From Thermoplasmatales archaeon (GTDB lineage: Archaea; Thermoplasmatota; E2; DHVEG-1), in contig DAOVGR010000052.1 of the NCBI GenBank assembly GCA_030672305.1, positions 3,961 through 67,960 of the forward strand: DNA of 64,000 nt. Reading direction: 5' to 3'. The notes under the pieces are model-generated. The model searched no databases and was not told the origin of the DNA. It saw nothing but the letters and a program-made list of their open reading frames with translations. This document shows, one piece after another, positions 1-11,050 of this stretch. Made by a program: the position numbers and the translations under genes. Within the stretch, counting starts at the first letter, position 1. Each line of letters opens with the position of its first letter.

Positions 1-2
1 TT

Positions 3-1619
3 ACACTTGAATATTGGCATGATGTTGGAATCGATGAAATTACCTCACCAACTGGTGAAGGACATCCAAGGGAAGGAGATGAAATTCTTTGGGACAACGG
101 TGTACCCGACGGAAGAAACGGTCTACCAGGTTCAATGTACCAAGGATATAGTAACATAATTATTGATGATTTTTTAGTTAAGGAAGATTGGACAGTCCAA
201 GGTGGACATATTAATTTCGTTTGGAACAGTGGATACACAAGTAACACTGAAACAATAAGGGTGTACTTTTTCCAAGATTTAGGAGATTGTGATCCGTCTC
301 TGGATGAATTTGCTACGACAGAAGCAAACACATTTACAGAAATAGCAACTGGGAATTACTATTTCAGTCGCCCTGAGATAATCGTAGACTTCCTATTAGA
401 CGATGAAATAAAACTTACACCAGGAAAATGGTATGTAGGTATCCAACCAGATGGAATAACTGAAAATATTGCATATCTATTAACAGCTAAAGATAAAGAA
501 TGCATGGTCATGGCAGACCTTCCATATTATGGCTATCCAAGATGGTCAAGCTCTCAATATCTATGGGGTCAAGCATATGACCTTGCATGGCAACTTGATG
601 GTACAACAGGTGGACCTCCAGCAGTTAAAGCTTGGATACAACCTGGAACACAAGACATTGATACAGTTGTGAAAAACTATGGTACATTTATAAAAGAGGA
701 CCTAACTTGTTACGCTGAAATCTGGGAATACATCACAGATCCTGAAAATGGAACAAAAGTCTATACGGATGAAATCGACAATATAGATTTGACAATCCCA
801 CTTGGTGGTAAGCAAGACATACAGTTTGCTGATTTCACATTTGCAGATGAAGGACGCTATGGATTATTCCTTGAATTCCCCGCTGTACCTGATGATGAAG
901 AAAAAAATAATTATGTACGATGGGGAATAGGCGTTGATGATACTCGCCCATATTCATGGATTGAAGAAATTGATCCACCTGAGCCTGATGGTCAAAATGG
1001 TTGGTATATCAGCCCTGCCACAATAACACTGAAAGCAACTGATCCCTGGTCCAATGGAGTATCATCTGGAGTAAAAGAAATCAGATTCACAATAGATGGC
1101 GGAGCTGAACAAGTCATTCCTGGAAATATTGGAAGTATTATATTAACTGAAGATGGCAAAGACATTCTTATTGAATTCTGGGCTGTTGATTGGGTTGGAA
1201 ATGTTGAAACACCAAAGAACCAATTTACATTTGGTGGTATCGATCAAACAGTACCAGAGATATCACTAAGTTACGAGGTAACTAGTGGTAATCCAATAAC
1301 AGGTTGGATATTAACCTTTACAGCAACAGCAATTGATGCAACTAGTGGTATGGACTATGTTGAGTTCTATTTTAATGATCTATTACAAGAAATTATTATG
1401 GGCCCTGGACCAACCTATGAATGGGTTTATACATATTATGGTGGATTAACAGCAATTATAAAAGCAATTGCATATGATAAGGCAGGACTATTTGATTCTG
1501 ATGAAATTAAAGATCCAGTAAGTTCTTCAAACAGTCACACAATAAGTAGCCAAAAAAGTGTTAGCAGAAGTTATCAACAATTTATTAATCCCTTATTTAG
1601 ATTAATTAACAATCGTTAA
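3..1619 (+). CDS. 5'-truncated large secreted/surface protein with C-terminal Ig-like (Big/OmpL47-like) domains
   Basis: The frame is open from position 3 (TLEYWHDVGIDEITSP...) through ATG 135, so the gene starts before the window. Ig-like motifs GQNGWYISP, SGVKEIRFTIDG, DATSGMDYVEFY. Ser-rich tail ending in amphipathic QQFINPLFRLINNR. Confidence 0.7.
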   Translation, partial: TLEYWHDVGIDEITSPTGEGHPREGDEILWDNGVPDGRNGLPGSMYQGYSNIIIDDFLVKEDWTVQGGHINFVWNSGYTSNTETIRVYFFQDLGDCDPSLDEFATTEANTFTEIATGNYYFSRPEIIVDFLLDDEIKLTPGKWYVGIQPDGITENIAYLLTAKDKECMVMADLPYYGYPRWSSSQYLWGQAYDLAWQLDGTTGGPPAVKAWIQPGTQDIDTVVKNYGTFIKEDLTCYAEIWEYITDPENGTKVYTDEIDNIDLTIPLGGKQDIQFADFTFADEGRYGLFLEFPAVPDDEEKNNYVRWGIGVDDTRPYSWIEEIDPPEPDGQNGWYISPATITLKATDPWSNGVSSGVKEIRFTIDGGAEQVIPGNIGSIILTEDGKDILIEFWAVDWVGNVETPKNQFTFGGIDQTVPEISLSYEVTSGNPITGWILTFTATAIDATSGMDYVEFYFNDLLQEIIMGPGPTYEWVYTYYGGLTAIIKAIAYDKAGLFDSDEIKDPVSSSNSHTISSQKSVSRSYQQFINPLFRLINNR

Positions 1620-1685
1620 TATTATATATATAGTGTCTATTTTCTAATATTATTCTAATGTATTAGCTTGGAGGCAAAAAATAAT

Positions 1686-3506
1686 ATGAATATTAATTTT
1701 TTCAGGAGAATGATTTCAATAATTTTTATAATTATACTTGTTATGATAAGTATAATACCATTTGTTTCTAGTATGTCTATTAAAAGCCATACAAATTTTG
1801 AGAATCAATATGCACCACTTGATATGGATTGGTGGCCAATGTTTCATCATGATGCCGATCAGAATGGCTTTTCAACATCTTCAGCTCCAGAAACAAATAA
1901 TGTTTTATGGTCATATCAGACAGATTATCTAATTACTACTTCACCAAATGTTATAAACGGAAAGGTATACATTGGATCATTGGATAAAAAATTCTACTGT
2001 TTTGATATGATGAATGGTAGTGTTTTATGGAATTTTACCACAAAAGGTCAAATAACAGGCTCTTCAGCAGTCCATGATGGGAAAGTCTACTTTGGATCTC
2101 AAGATTCAAAATTTTATTGTTTGAATGCTGATAACGGCAGTCAAATTTGGAAATTTGATACTAATTTTATGATCGAATCATCACCAACAGTTAAAGATGA
2201 CAAAGTCTTCTTTGGCTCTAGTGATGGTTCTATTTACTGTCTAAATACTAACAATGGAAGTCTAATTTGGGAGTACTCAGTAGGAAATGTAATTTGGACA
2301 GCTCCAGCAATCTCTGATGGAAAATTATACTTTGGTTCACTTAGCGGAGATATTTTTTGTTTAGATATTACAAATGGAGATTTTGTATGGTCATATTCAA
2401 CAACTAGTGGAATATGGTCGTCTCCAGCAATATACGGAGGAAAAGTTTATTTTGGATCAAATGACAATTATGTATATTGTTTAGACGCAGATGACGGAAA
2501 TCTGATATGGAATTATAATACAGAAGGAGAAGTTCATTCTTCACCAGCAATTGCCTATGGAAATGTTTACATTGGCTCAAGCGGTCAAGGTTTGTTTTGT
2601 TTAAATGCAGAAACAGGTGATCTGGTCTGGCAATTTCTGATAAACAATGGAATCTGGTCTTCACCTGCTGTTGCAGATAATAAAGTTTTTTATGGAAATG
2701 ATCCTTGTTGTGGCACTCCTGCTTATTTTCACTGTAGTGATGCATTTACTGGAGATATGATTTGGCAATATAATATCGGTGGGGATATTGGTATGAAATC
2801 ATCTCCAGCTATTGCTGCTGGAAAAGTGTTTATTGGAGCAGGTAATGGCATGGTGTTTGCATTTGGCGGAAATGAACTTTATGCTGATGCTCATGGTTCA
2901 TATGCTGGTGTTGAAAATATACCTATTCAATTTAAAGGCAGTGCTTATGGTGGAAGACCGGATTATTCATGGCATTGGGAGTTTGGTGATGGTGAATCAT
3001 CAGATGAACAAAATCCGGTTCATTCTTATTCTATTGAGGGAAATTATATTGTGACTTTAACAGTTACAGATAATAAAAATAATATAGCAAGTGATGAGAC
3101 TTCAGCAGTAATTAAAGAAGATATTAATTATCCACCTGATACACCAGTTATTGAAGGTCCATCAAATGGTATAATTGGTGAAGAATACACTTATTGTATT
3201 TCAAATATTATTGATCCTAATGGCGATAATATTTTCGTATTTTGGGATTGGGGAGATGGTACAAATAGTGATTGGCTTGGACCATTTGCAAGCGGAGAAA
3301 AAGTATGTGAAAATCACATTTGGAATAAAAAAGGAGATTACACAATTAAGGCAAAACTTAAAGATGTAAATGATGAAGAAAGTGATTGGGGATATCTTGA
3401 AATCACAATGCCAAAATACAGCAGGACATCTTATTTACTATTCCAAAATTGGATAACCCAATTACTAAATGCTTTTCCATTAATAAGACAGTTAATAAAT
3501 CTTTAG
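1686..3506 (+). CDS. Secreted PQQ-like (BamB-type) beta-propeller protein with two PKD domains and C-terminal tag
   Basis: Signal peptide; WPMFHHD start; ~7 repeats of SSPA.....VYFGS.D...YCL.A.NG..IW; PKD motifs WEFGDG and WDWGDG. Start taken at ATG 1686 after GGAGG (ATG 1710 is an alternative). Confidence 0.85.
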   Translation: MNINFFRRMISIIFIIILVMISIIPFVSSMSIKSHTNFENQYAPLDMDWWPMFHHDADQNGFSTSSAPETNNVLWSYQTDYLITTSPNVINGKVYIGSLDKKFYCFDMMNGSVLWNFTTKGQITGSSAVHDGKVYFGSQDSKFYCLNADNGSQIWKFDTNFMIESSPTVKDDKVFFGSSDGSIYCLNTNNGSLIWEYSVGNVIWTAPAISDGKLYFGSLSGDIFCLDITNGDFVWSYSTTSGIWSSPAIYGGKVYFGSNDNYVYCLDADDGNLIWNYNTEGEVHSSPAIAYGNVYIGSSGQGLFCLNAETGDLVWQFLINNGIWSSPAVADNKVFYGNDPCCGTPAYFHCSDAFTGDMIWQYNIGGDIGMKSSPAIAAGKVFIGAGNGMVFAFGGNELYADAHGSYAGVENIPIQFKGSAYGGRPDYSWHWEFGDGESSDEQNPVHSYSIEGNYIVTLTVTDNKNNIASDETSAVIKEDINYPPDTPVIEGPSNGIIGEEYTYCISNIIDPNGDNIFVFWDWGDGTNSDWLGPFASGEKVCENHIWNKKGDYTIKAKLKDVNDEESDWGYLEITMPKYSRTSYLLFQNWITQLLNAFPLIRQLINL

Positions 3507-3637
3507 ATAAACCTTCTACTTTTAGTCTTTTTTTTAGCTATCTAAATAAAATCTATAACACAAAGTATTTATATTTAGCATGAATTCGTGTTACACGGTA
3601 ACACGATACATTAATGGGTAATTGTGGGTATTAATAA

Positions 3638-5497
3638 ATGTTAAAAAAAATATATTTGGTAATTGGAGTATTAATCATATTATTTAGTTTGTCCATAACT
3701 AATTCTCCAATATGCCAATCAGTAAAAAATAATAATTCTTACAATTTGAATCTCAATGGAAATATTTGGTATGTAGGCGGAAATGGATCGGGTAACTTTA
3801 CAAAAATTCAAGATGCAATAGAAAATGCAAGTGATAGTGATATTGTCTTTGTTTTGAATGAATCATCTCCATATTATGAACATGTATTTATTAACAAATC
3901 AATAAATCTAATAGGAGAAGACAAAGATTCGACAGTTATAAATGGAAATAATATTGGAAGTGTTATAACAATTACTAAAGATAATGTGACAATAAACGGA
4001 TTTACTATAGAAAAAAGTGGAGATGATTATTTTAATCGAGATTCAGGTATTTTTTTACTTTCAGATGATAACAAAATAACTGATAATAATTTAATTATTA
4101 ACCAGTATGGCATATTTTTTCTATCAGGTAAAAGAAATATAATAATAAATAATACAATTAATTATAACGAATATGGAATCTGTCTTTATGATTCCTCAAC
4201 TGAAAATTTCATCTCAGGAAATACATTAGAAAGTTGGACCTTTGATTTTAACATATACATAAGGAAGAACTGTAATAATAATACTATTTTTAATAATATT
4301 TTGACTAATTATGATGGTCATGGCATTTATATTTATGAATCAGATGATAATAATATATCAAAAAACACAATAATTGATTGTGAGATTGGGATTTCATTAT
4401 ATCAATCTAATAGCTCAGTGATTACCAATAATTATTTTCAAAATGAAGAAGATGGACTATTTATATCACAATCTACAAGAAACATAGTCTCAGAAAACAT
4501 ATTTGTTGATGATGGTTTATTTATATATGATTCATTTAACAATGAAGTGACGAATAATATTGTTAATGGTAAACCATTGATATATCTTGAAAATATTTCA
4601 AATAAAACTATCTCTGATAATCCAGGGCAAATTCTGCTTATAAATTGTGAAAATATCATCATTCAAGGAAAAAATATAATTAATACTAATATAGCAATTG
4701 AGCTGTGGGGTTCAAATAATTGTTTTATATCGGAAAATAACTTATCCTGGAATCGTCGAGATATCTATCTTCATGATTCAGATTTTAATGTTATCAAAGA
4801 TAATGAAATAAAAATTGATAAAGGAATTATCTTTATGCAGACTTTAGCATTAAAAAATTGTATTGGTAATAAAATTATTGGTAATGATTTTTTAATAAAC
4901 CATGATTATACCTATATAAAATTAGAAAAATCTCAAGAAAATCTCATCTCTAAAAACACAATTACAAGTATTCCAGAAGAGATTGCGGTTAGGTTAATCT
5001 TAACAAAAGCAAATAATAATACTGTGGAGAAGAACATATTTAACTCTGCAGCAATTAGTTTAAGTATTAGTCATTATAACACCATTGATAATAACATCTT
5101 TAATTGCGGCTGTATACAAATTCATTGGTCAATGGGAAATAAAATTTCTGACAATCAAATAACTGCTAATTTTGATGTTTGTGGTATTCCAATGGAAGGC
5201 TCTTTTGAAAATATTATTTGTAGAAACACAATTGAAGATTGTAATGGTGCTTTTTTACTCACAGATTCTCTAAGAAATGTAATCAAGAAGAATAATATAA
5301 TCAATTGTGGAAATATTCCTGCATTGTTTAGTAATTCACTTCGCAATAAATGGTGGCGTAATTACTGGGGACACCCAATGCTTAGGCCAAAAATAATACC
5401 AGGGGAAATTAGAATTTCTAGATACTATAAACCAGATTTAGTAATTCCTGTTTTTAATGTTGATTTGTTTCCAAAGCAAATTCCCTATATTTTATGA
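3638..5497 (+). CDS. Secreted NosD/CASH right-handed parallel beta-helix protein
   Basis: YVGGNGSGNFTKIQDAIENA, Y.EHV.INKSINLIG and many GI.L..S.NN.I..N repeats; C-terminal NKWWRNYW module. Confidence 0.85.
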   Translation: MLKKIYLVIGVLIILFSLSITNSPICQSVKNNNSYNLNLNGNIWYVGGNGSGNFTKIQDAIENASDSDIVFVLNESSPYYEHVFINKSINLIGEDKDSTVINGNNIGSVITITKDNVTINGFTIEKSGDDYFNRDSGIFLLSDDNKITDNNLIINQYGIFFLSGKRNIIINNTINYNEYGICLYDSSTENFISGNTLESWTFDFNIYIRKNCNNNTIFNNILTNYDGHGIYIYESDDNNISKNTIIDCEIGISLYQSNSSVITNNYFQNEEDGLFISQSTRNIVSENIFVDDGLFIYDSFNNEVTNNIVNGKPLIYLENISNKTISDNPGQILLINCENIIIQGKNIINTNIAIELWGSNNCFISENNLSWNRRDIYLHDSDFNVIKDNEIKIDKGIIFMQTLALKNCIGNKIIGNDFLINHDYTYIKLEKSQENLISKNTITSIPEEIAVRLILTKANNNTVEKNIFNSAAISLSISHYNTIDNNIFNCGCIQIHWSMGNKISDNQITANFDVCGIPMEGSFENIICRNTIEDCNGAFLLTDSLRNVIKKNNIINCGNIPALFSNSLRNKWWRNYWGHPMLRPKIIPGEIRISRYYKPDLVIPVFNVDLFPKQIPYIL

Positions 5498-5584
5498 TTA
5501 TTATAACCTACTGCTATAGTTACGAAAAATTTTTAACATTTGAAAATAAAAATATATATATACTAAATAAAAATTTATTATACT

Positions 5585-7024
5585 ATGTTTAAGGAAGTCA
5601 GGCCAACATTTATAGTGTTTTCATTATTAATTATACTGACTACTGGAATAACAAGTGCTTACAGTGAAATAGATTTTATTTTACCTGAGTGGGGTGGTGG
5701 TATGGCTCACAGCGATCCTAGTCTTTCGGATTATATTTCATTACCTGTTCCAAAAAATAATGTAAAAATTCTATGGCATCGAAGTGAACTTTTAGGGGAA
5801 AAAGCAGGTGCAAAAGGAAATGCAATTGCTGGAAATGGTGAAATTGCAGCGTGTACTTTTGCAGGGTTTGAAGATAATCTTGTCATTTATGATTATGAAG
5901 GGAATCGATTATGGTCATCAGGTGATTTGCTAAATGTTTACGCATTTTTTTCAGCACCAATGGTTGATATTCATGGCCAGGTTATTGCATGTGATAATCG
6001 TGTTGTAATTAAAGTTGATACATTTGATTGCGATAATGATAGTGAAATTGTTGAATGGATCTCAGAAATCCCCTTTGGTGGAATACCATTTAGTCCAGTT
6101 ATAACAGAAGATGGTACATTAATTATTGCTACAGATCGAGGTCCTATCTATGCATATAATATAAGCGATGGATCCCTTATTGGTTGGAAGTTTTTAGGTG
6201 AAGATGAAAAAATTCATCCACTATATCGTATATTAAATATTGATGATCCAGGATTTTTTTCAACAATAAACACACCTTGTGTTAATGGAAATCGAATATA
6301 CATTTCAACTCAATATAAAGGACCAAGAGGAAGACCGACACTACTTCATCATGCCCGTCTTTATGCTGTTGACATTGATTCAAAAAATCCAAACATTGAA
6401 AATCGGTTAAATGAAACCTGGTATTTTGAATTTGGTGGACCCAGCCAAGCAAGTCCTACACTAATTGATGAAACAATATATTTTGATGGATATAGAGAGA
6501 AACCAAGTTTGGCCAGGGATATACACTTATTTGCAATAACTGACAAAGGTAATTATTGGGAAGAAGAATGGAGGATGGAGTATCCCTTACAAACCTATGC
6601 ATCTTTTGCAATTGATCCAAGAGGAGGTTTCTGGTATATAGATCCCTTTGGTGGAAAATTAGTTCATTTTTCAACTATTAATGGTAGTATTATTGAAGAA
6701 ATTATTATTGATGATCTTATTAATGAAAATGGAAAACATTTACCTTCATCAGTTATGACTATTGCTGGAAATGATACGAATCCTGTGCTATTAGTTTCAG
6801 CATCTGCCCTTAGACCGGTTATATCTAATAGTTATGTTATTGCTATTAATCTAGAAGCAAATAATTCCTTACTTTGGAAGGTTAAATTGTTTGAAGGTTT
6901 TTTTATATCAATGGATTTAGCATTTGGTCAATACACAATTTTAATGAAAGATAATAGACCACGAGTGGTTTTTGGTAGTTTCCGTGATGGTGTATGGGCT
7001 ATTGGTAGTGAAGATAATAACTAG
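5585..7024 (+). CDS. Secreted beta-propeller protein (divergent PQQ-like repeats)
   Basis: Signal peptide; SP/TP..(G)..Y/I...LYA repeats with W-containing blades. Confidence 0.55.
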   Translation: MFKEVRPTFIVFSLLIILTTGITSAYSEIDFILPEWGGGMAHSDPSLSDYISLPVPKNNVKILWHRSELLGEKAGAKGNAIAGNGEIAACTFAGFEDNLVIYDYEGNRLWSSGDLLNVYAFFSAPMVDIHGQVIACDNRVVIKVDTFDCDNDSEIVEWISEIPFGGIPFSPVITEDGTLIIATDRGPIYAYNISDGSLIGWKFLGEDEKIHPLYRILNIDDPGFFSTINTPCVNGNRIYISTQYKGPRGRPTLLHHARLYAVDIDSKNPNIENRLNETWYFEFGGPSQASPTLIDETIYFDGYREKPSLARDIHLFAITDKGNYWEEEWRMEYPLQTYASFAIDPRGGFWYIDPFGGKLVHFSTINGSIIEEIIIDDLINENGKHLPSSVMTIAGNDTNPVLLVSASALRPVISNSYVIAINLEANNSLLWKVKLFEGFFISMDLAFGQYTILMKDNRPRVVFGSFRDGVWAIGSEDNN

Positions 7025-7099
7025 GTGTAAACAAAATTTTAGCTGATAACTCTAAATAATAGATATGTTTTTTAAAAATGATGATTTTATGGTACTGCT

Positions 7100-7528
7100 A
7101 TGATTGAAAATCAAACTAGGTTTCATAAAATTATTAATAATATCGAATTCAGGATTATAAGAACTGATGATAAGTGTTGGATAAAAGTTGCTCCTTTAGT
7201 TCGAGTATCCATGCCATCTAGTCTGCATTTTATACTGAATGATGAATGTTACAATTGGGATATTTATGATAAAAAAGGAATAGAAACCTATGAAATATTT
7301 TTTGAAGGATCTAACTGTAATCCTAGTTTTTATCTTAATTCAGAAGGAAAAAATTACAGAATCGATTTTAATGATGACGGTATTAAGATAAATTCAATAA
7401 TTGATATTCATAAACAAGATAATTACATAAAGGAAAATTGTAATTGTAATTCTTCTGATTCTTCTTGTTGGGCAAAAGCTGTTTATTACACTAGTAGACC
7501 TGATAAACCACCCTTTGATGAAATGTAA
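7100..7528 (+). CDS. Hypothetical protein
   Basis: 142-aa ORF filling the gap between genes; no recognised motif. Confidence 0.55.
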   Translation: MIENQTRFHKIINNIEFRIIRTDDKCWIKVAPLVRVSMPSSLHFILNDECYNWDIYDKKGIETYEIFFEGSNCNPSFYLNSEGKNYRIDFNDDGIKINSIIDIHKQDNYIKENCNCNSSDSSCWAKAVYYTSRPDKPPFDEM

Positions 7529-7681
7529 AATTTTAATTGCCCAAGATATAAGCAATGCTATTATTCTTGTTTATTCACATTTTATGTAGGTTAATCTAAT
7601 TATACATAAAATTTATTTATAAGTATGATTATAATTATAACCTAGATTGTATTAAAATTTGTAAATTGGGGGAATATCTAA

Positions 7682-10519
7682 TTGAAGCTAATATTTACTA
7701 TTATATTATCGGTTTGTCTAATTCTCCCAGGATTGACTAACTCTGCATATTCCTTAAATGATTTTACAATTGAAAATAAAGCAATTGTTGGAAGAATCGC
7801 AAATGAAATTGAAATTCAAGCTGAATCTGATTATTATGTTAAGTTTGATTTAGATAATTTATCCTTAGAGGAACAATATATCACTGCTTATACTTCTGAT
7901 TTATCTGAAAAAATCAAGGAAGCTATTGCTAAATCACCCAAATGGATTCAAAGAAAGCTTGCAAGGCAGTTCCATGGAATTGACGGAGATATGTATGCAG
8001 ATTTAATACTTGATACAAGCAAGAAATATGTAGATGAAATTGCTTTTACTATTGCCTGTTCATCAATTGGTAATGTTCCACCTGTTGATTTATTGAAGAA
8101 TAATATACTGATTCTTTACGAAAATGATGAATGGATTAATTATGCAGATATTATTGATTATGATGATGGTCAAGGTAACTATTATTCAACAATAAGGTAC
8201 TTGGTTCTTGAAAATGACATTGAAAAACAGTTTGAATATTCGCCTGAAATATATTATTGGTATGTTGTCCATCCAGAAATAGCAAGTGAAAATGCTGAAT
8301 ATGTTTATGATGAGTTTTGGAGGAGCTATCTATTTAATCATAATGATATTGGTTATCCTCTTCTTAAAGAAAAACTATCAGAGATAAACTATCTGTGGGA
8401 TTGTAAGTCTTACACTCAATATGGCCAGCGTCTATGGACTTGGAGTATAGATAATCATCCAACAGCAATCGAAGCAATTAGTTATTGGATTGGTAAAACC
8501 GTTCCAGCACAAGCAATTGGTGACAGACCAGGTCAGCCAAATATTATCGCTCATGAGCATAACGGTTGGTGTGGAGAGCTTCAGAAATTAGCAGTTGCAG
8601 CTCAGAGGACTTCTCTAATACCCTCTGTAGGAGTTTCTAATATCGGAGAGGATCATGCTTGGCGTGAATTCTATGAAAGAGGATGGCATCAGAATGACAA
8701 TTGGTGGTCTGATAGTGGAGGGACTGTTGATATTCCAGATGTTTATACTTATGGATGGGGTAAGGATATGTCAAGTGTATTTGCTTGGAAAGGTGACGAT
8801 AGTATCTATGAGGTCACTCCAACTTATATTCATTCTGAGGATAGAAAAACAATTTCCTTCCAAGTTATGGATAGATTTTTCAAACCTGTTGACGGTGCAA
8901 GAGTAACTGTTGCGGTTTGGGGTCCAAATGATATAACCTGGTTAAAGTTCAGATTTTTTGAAAAACTTCAAAGTATTTGGGACTCAATTCCTCCCGTATT
9001 ACAAGGTAAAATTATTCAGTTTTTTTTCAATAAAATATATGAAAGAATAGACAAGATTCCCGACTCTGTTGATGGACCTATCTATAGCATATGGAATTAT
9101 ACAGATATCGATGGAAGATGCATCTTTGAACTAGGCCAAAACCGAAGTTATATATTCATTATACAATATGGAAATCTTAAGAAACCATTAGGTCTTGCTA
9201 GATATAATAAAATACGAACATTAAAAAATCCAGTTGATAAAAATTATAATATTTGGTTACCTGTGCTTTCACCTATCAAAAAGAAATATTCTGATACAGA
9301 AATGCCTGAAGGAGATATTGATTTCAGGATTTCATTTGACACAATGTCATATCAGATTCATGAAAGTATTTTATGGATAGATGATAAAGGTGTATATGAC
9401 AGAGATGGGAAGGTAGATTTCTTCATTGTTGATGAAGAAAATTTTAATAAATATAGTGACGGTAAGAGATTTAATTGTTATAATTTCTTAAATTGTATAA
9501 AAAGTGATTTTATTGTTCATGCAAAGGAAAATGACTGGTATCTTGTATTTAGAAACAAAGCTCGAAATAGTAATGTTATTCTAAATTATTCAATAACAGT
9601 AGAAACATCTACTAATGATGATAAAGTACAGATTGTCTATCCAGATACAAATATTTTTGAAAGACCTATTTTCAATATTGGTGATACAATTCTAATTAAT
9701 GGTATAGCAACTGATGATATTTCTATTAATATCAATGGAAGTTCTTATGGAGTTTTAATTGAGAATTATGAATGGTCATTTGAATGGAACACAGCAAAAC
9801 TTGAACCAGGAGATTATTCACTAATTGCAGAATGTAATGATATACAAGATGAGGTTCTTATAAAATTAATTGATAAGATTCCTCCAGAAATAAAAATTGA
9901 CTCACATTCAGATGGCGAGATTGTTGAAAAAAAGATATTAACGATCGAAGGGCAAGCCTTAGATAACCAAGATATTGAAATGATCGAAGTATCATTTGAT
10001 TATGGTGAATGGAAAAAGGCAATTGGAACAGATCATTGGTCTATAGATTGGGATATTACCAATTTTGATATTGGAGACCACATACTATCAGCAAGAGCTA
10101 CAGACACTGTGGGTGGCATTTCAACACATAAAATATCTCTTATTATAAATGAAAGTGGTCATAACTGGACACCAATTATTAACAGTTTTTATCACAAACC
10201 TGATGGTCCAACAAATGTAAGTAACTTAGTGATATTTTCAAATGTAACTAAAGGTAGTCCATTTGACATAAAAAAAGTTATATTATTTTGGGATAATGGA
10301 ACAGTAGAAAAATCAACAGATATGTTCAGATATGCCGATAATCCTGTTCAAAAAAGACATGATGAAGATCCATTGAATAATGAGTCAAACGATCCTATAT
10401 TTGGACTGGAGCTTGGACAGTTCCCAAATAATACTACTATTAATTATTGGATTAAAGCAATTGATACTGCAAATAATACGATAACTTCTGAAAAGAAATC
10501 TTTTACAATAATAGGCTAA
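7682..10519 (+). CDS. Secreted transglutaminase-like domain protein with C-terminal Ig-like domains
   Basis: TTG start after GGGGA; signal peptide; GWCGE...DHAWREFY...WHQND gives the Cys-His-Asp triad pattern of transglutaminase-like domains; Big-like C-terminal repeats. Confidence 0.75.
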   Translation: MKLIFTIILSVCLILPGLTNSAYSLNDFTIENKAIVGRIANEIEIQAESDYYVKFDLDNLSLEEQYITAYTSDLSEKIKEAIAKSPKWIQRKLARQFHGIDGDMYADLILDTSKKYVDEIAFTIACSSIGNVPPVDLLKNNILILYENDEWINYADIIDYDDGQGNYYSTIRYLVLENDIEKQFEYSPEIYYWYVVHPEIASENAEYVYDEFWRSYLFNHNDIGYPLLKEKLSEINYLWDCKSYTQYGQRLWTWSIDNHPTAIEAISYWIGKTVPAQAIGDRPGQPNIIAHEHNGWCGELQKLAVAAQRTSLIPSVGVSNIGEDHAWREFYERGWHQNDNWWSDSGGTVDIPDVYTYGWGKDMSSVFAWKGDDSIYEVTPTYIHSEDRKTISFQVMDRFFKPVDGARVTVAVWGPNDITWLKFRFFEKLQSIWDSIPPVLQGKIIQFFFNKIYERIDKIPDSVDGPIYSIWNYTDIDGRCIFELGQNRSYIFIIQYGNLKKPLGLARYNKIRTLKNPVDKNYNIWLPVLSPIKKKYSDTEMPEGDIDFRISFDTMSYQIHESILWIDDKGVYDRDGKVDFFIVDEENFNKYSDGKRFNCYNFLNCIKSDFIVHAKENDWYLVFRNKARNSNVILNYSITVETSTNDDKVQIVYPDTNIFERPIFNIGDTILINGIATDDISININGSSYGVLIENYEWSFEWNTAKLEPGDYSLIAECNDIQDEVLIKLIDKIPPEIKIDSHSDGEIVEKKILTIEGQALDNQDIEMIEVSFDYGEWKKAIGTDHWSIDWDITNFDIGDHILSARATDTVGGISTHKISLIINESGHNWTPIINSFYHKPDGPTNVSNLVIFSNVTKGSPFDIKKVILFWDNGTVEKSTDMFRYADNPVQKRHDEDPLNNESNDPIFGLELGQFPNNTTINYWIKAIDTANNTITSEKKSFTIIG

Positions 10520-10582
10520 TTATATTGAAATTACATCATAAGATAAAGATTTATTAATAGCATTTTCTTATTGATAATTGAA

Positions 10583-11047
10583 ATGGAAATAGCAACTTTT
10601 GGAGCAGGATGTTTCTGGGGAGTAGAAGCAACATTTCAAAAATTAAAAGGTGTATTAAAGACAACTGTTGGATATATGGGTGGTAATCTAAAAAATCCCA
10701 CCTATGAACAGGTATGCACAGATAAAACAGGACATGCCGAGGTAATAGAAATTGAATATGATGAAGAACAAATTACATATGAAAAATTACTTGAAATTTT
10801 CTGGGAGATTCATGATCCAACACAACTAAACAGGCAAGGAGCAGATATCGGAAAGCATTACAGATCAGTAATATTTTACCAAAATGATTTGCAAAAAAAT
10901 CTTGCAGAGGAATCAAAAAAACAAATTCAAAAAAAATTTGATAAAAAAATTGCTACCGAAATTATACCTGCAAAAAAAATTTATCCAGCCGAAGAATATC
11001 ATCAAAAATATCTACAAAAACAAGGTAGGGCTTCTTGCAGATTATAA
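10583..11047 (+). CDS. msrA: Peptide methionine sulfoxide reductase MsrA
   Basis: GAGCFWG, GYMGG, TGHAEV, HDPTQLNRQG, AEEYHQKY motifs; start taken at ATG 10583. Confidence 0.96.
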   Translation: MEIATFGAGCFWGVEATFQKLKGVLKTTVGYMGGNLKNPTYEQVCTDKTGHAEVIEIEYDEEQITYEKLLEIFWEIHDPTQLNRQGADIGKHYRSVIFYQNDLQKNLAEESKKQIQKKFDKKIATEIIPAKKIYPAEEYHQKYLQKQGRASCRL

Positions 11048-11050
11048 GTT

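Noticed and set aside
1686..3506. PQQ-dependent dehydrogenase or true BamB
   Set aside because: Only generic propeller repeats are visible; no evidence for cofactor binding or an outer-membrane Bam system.
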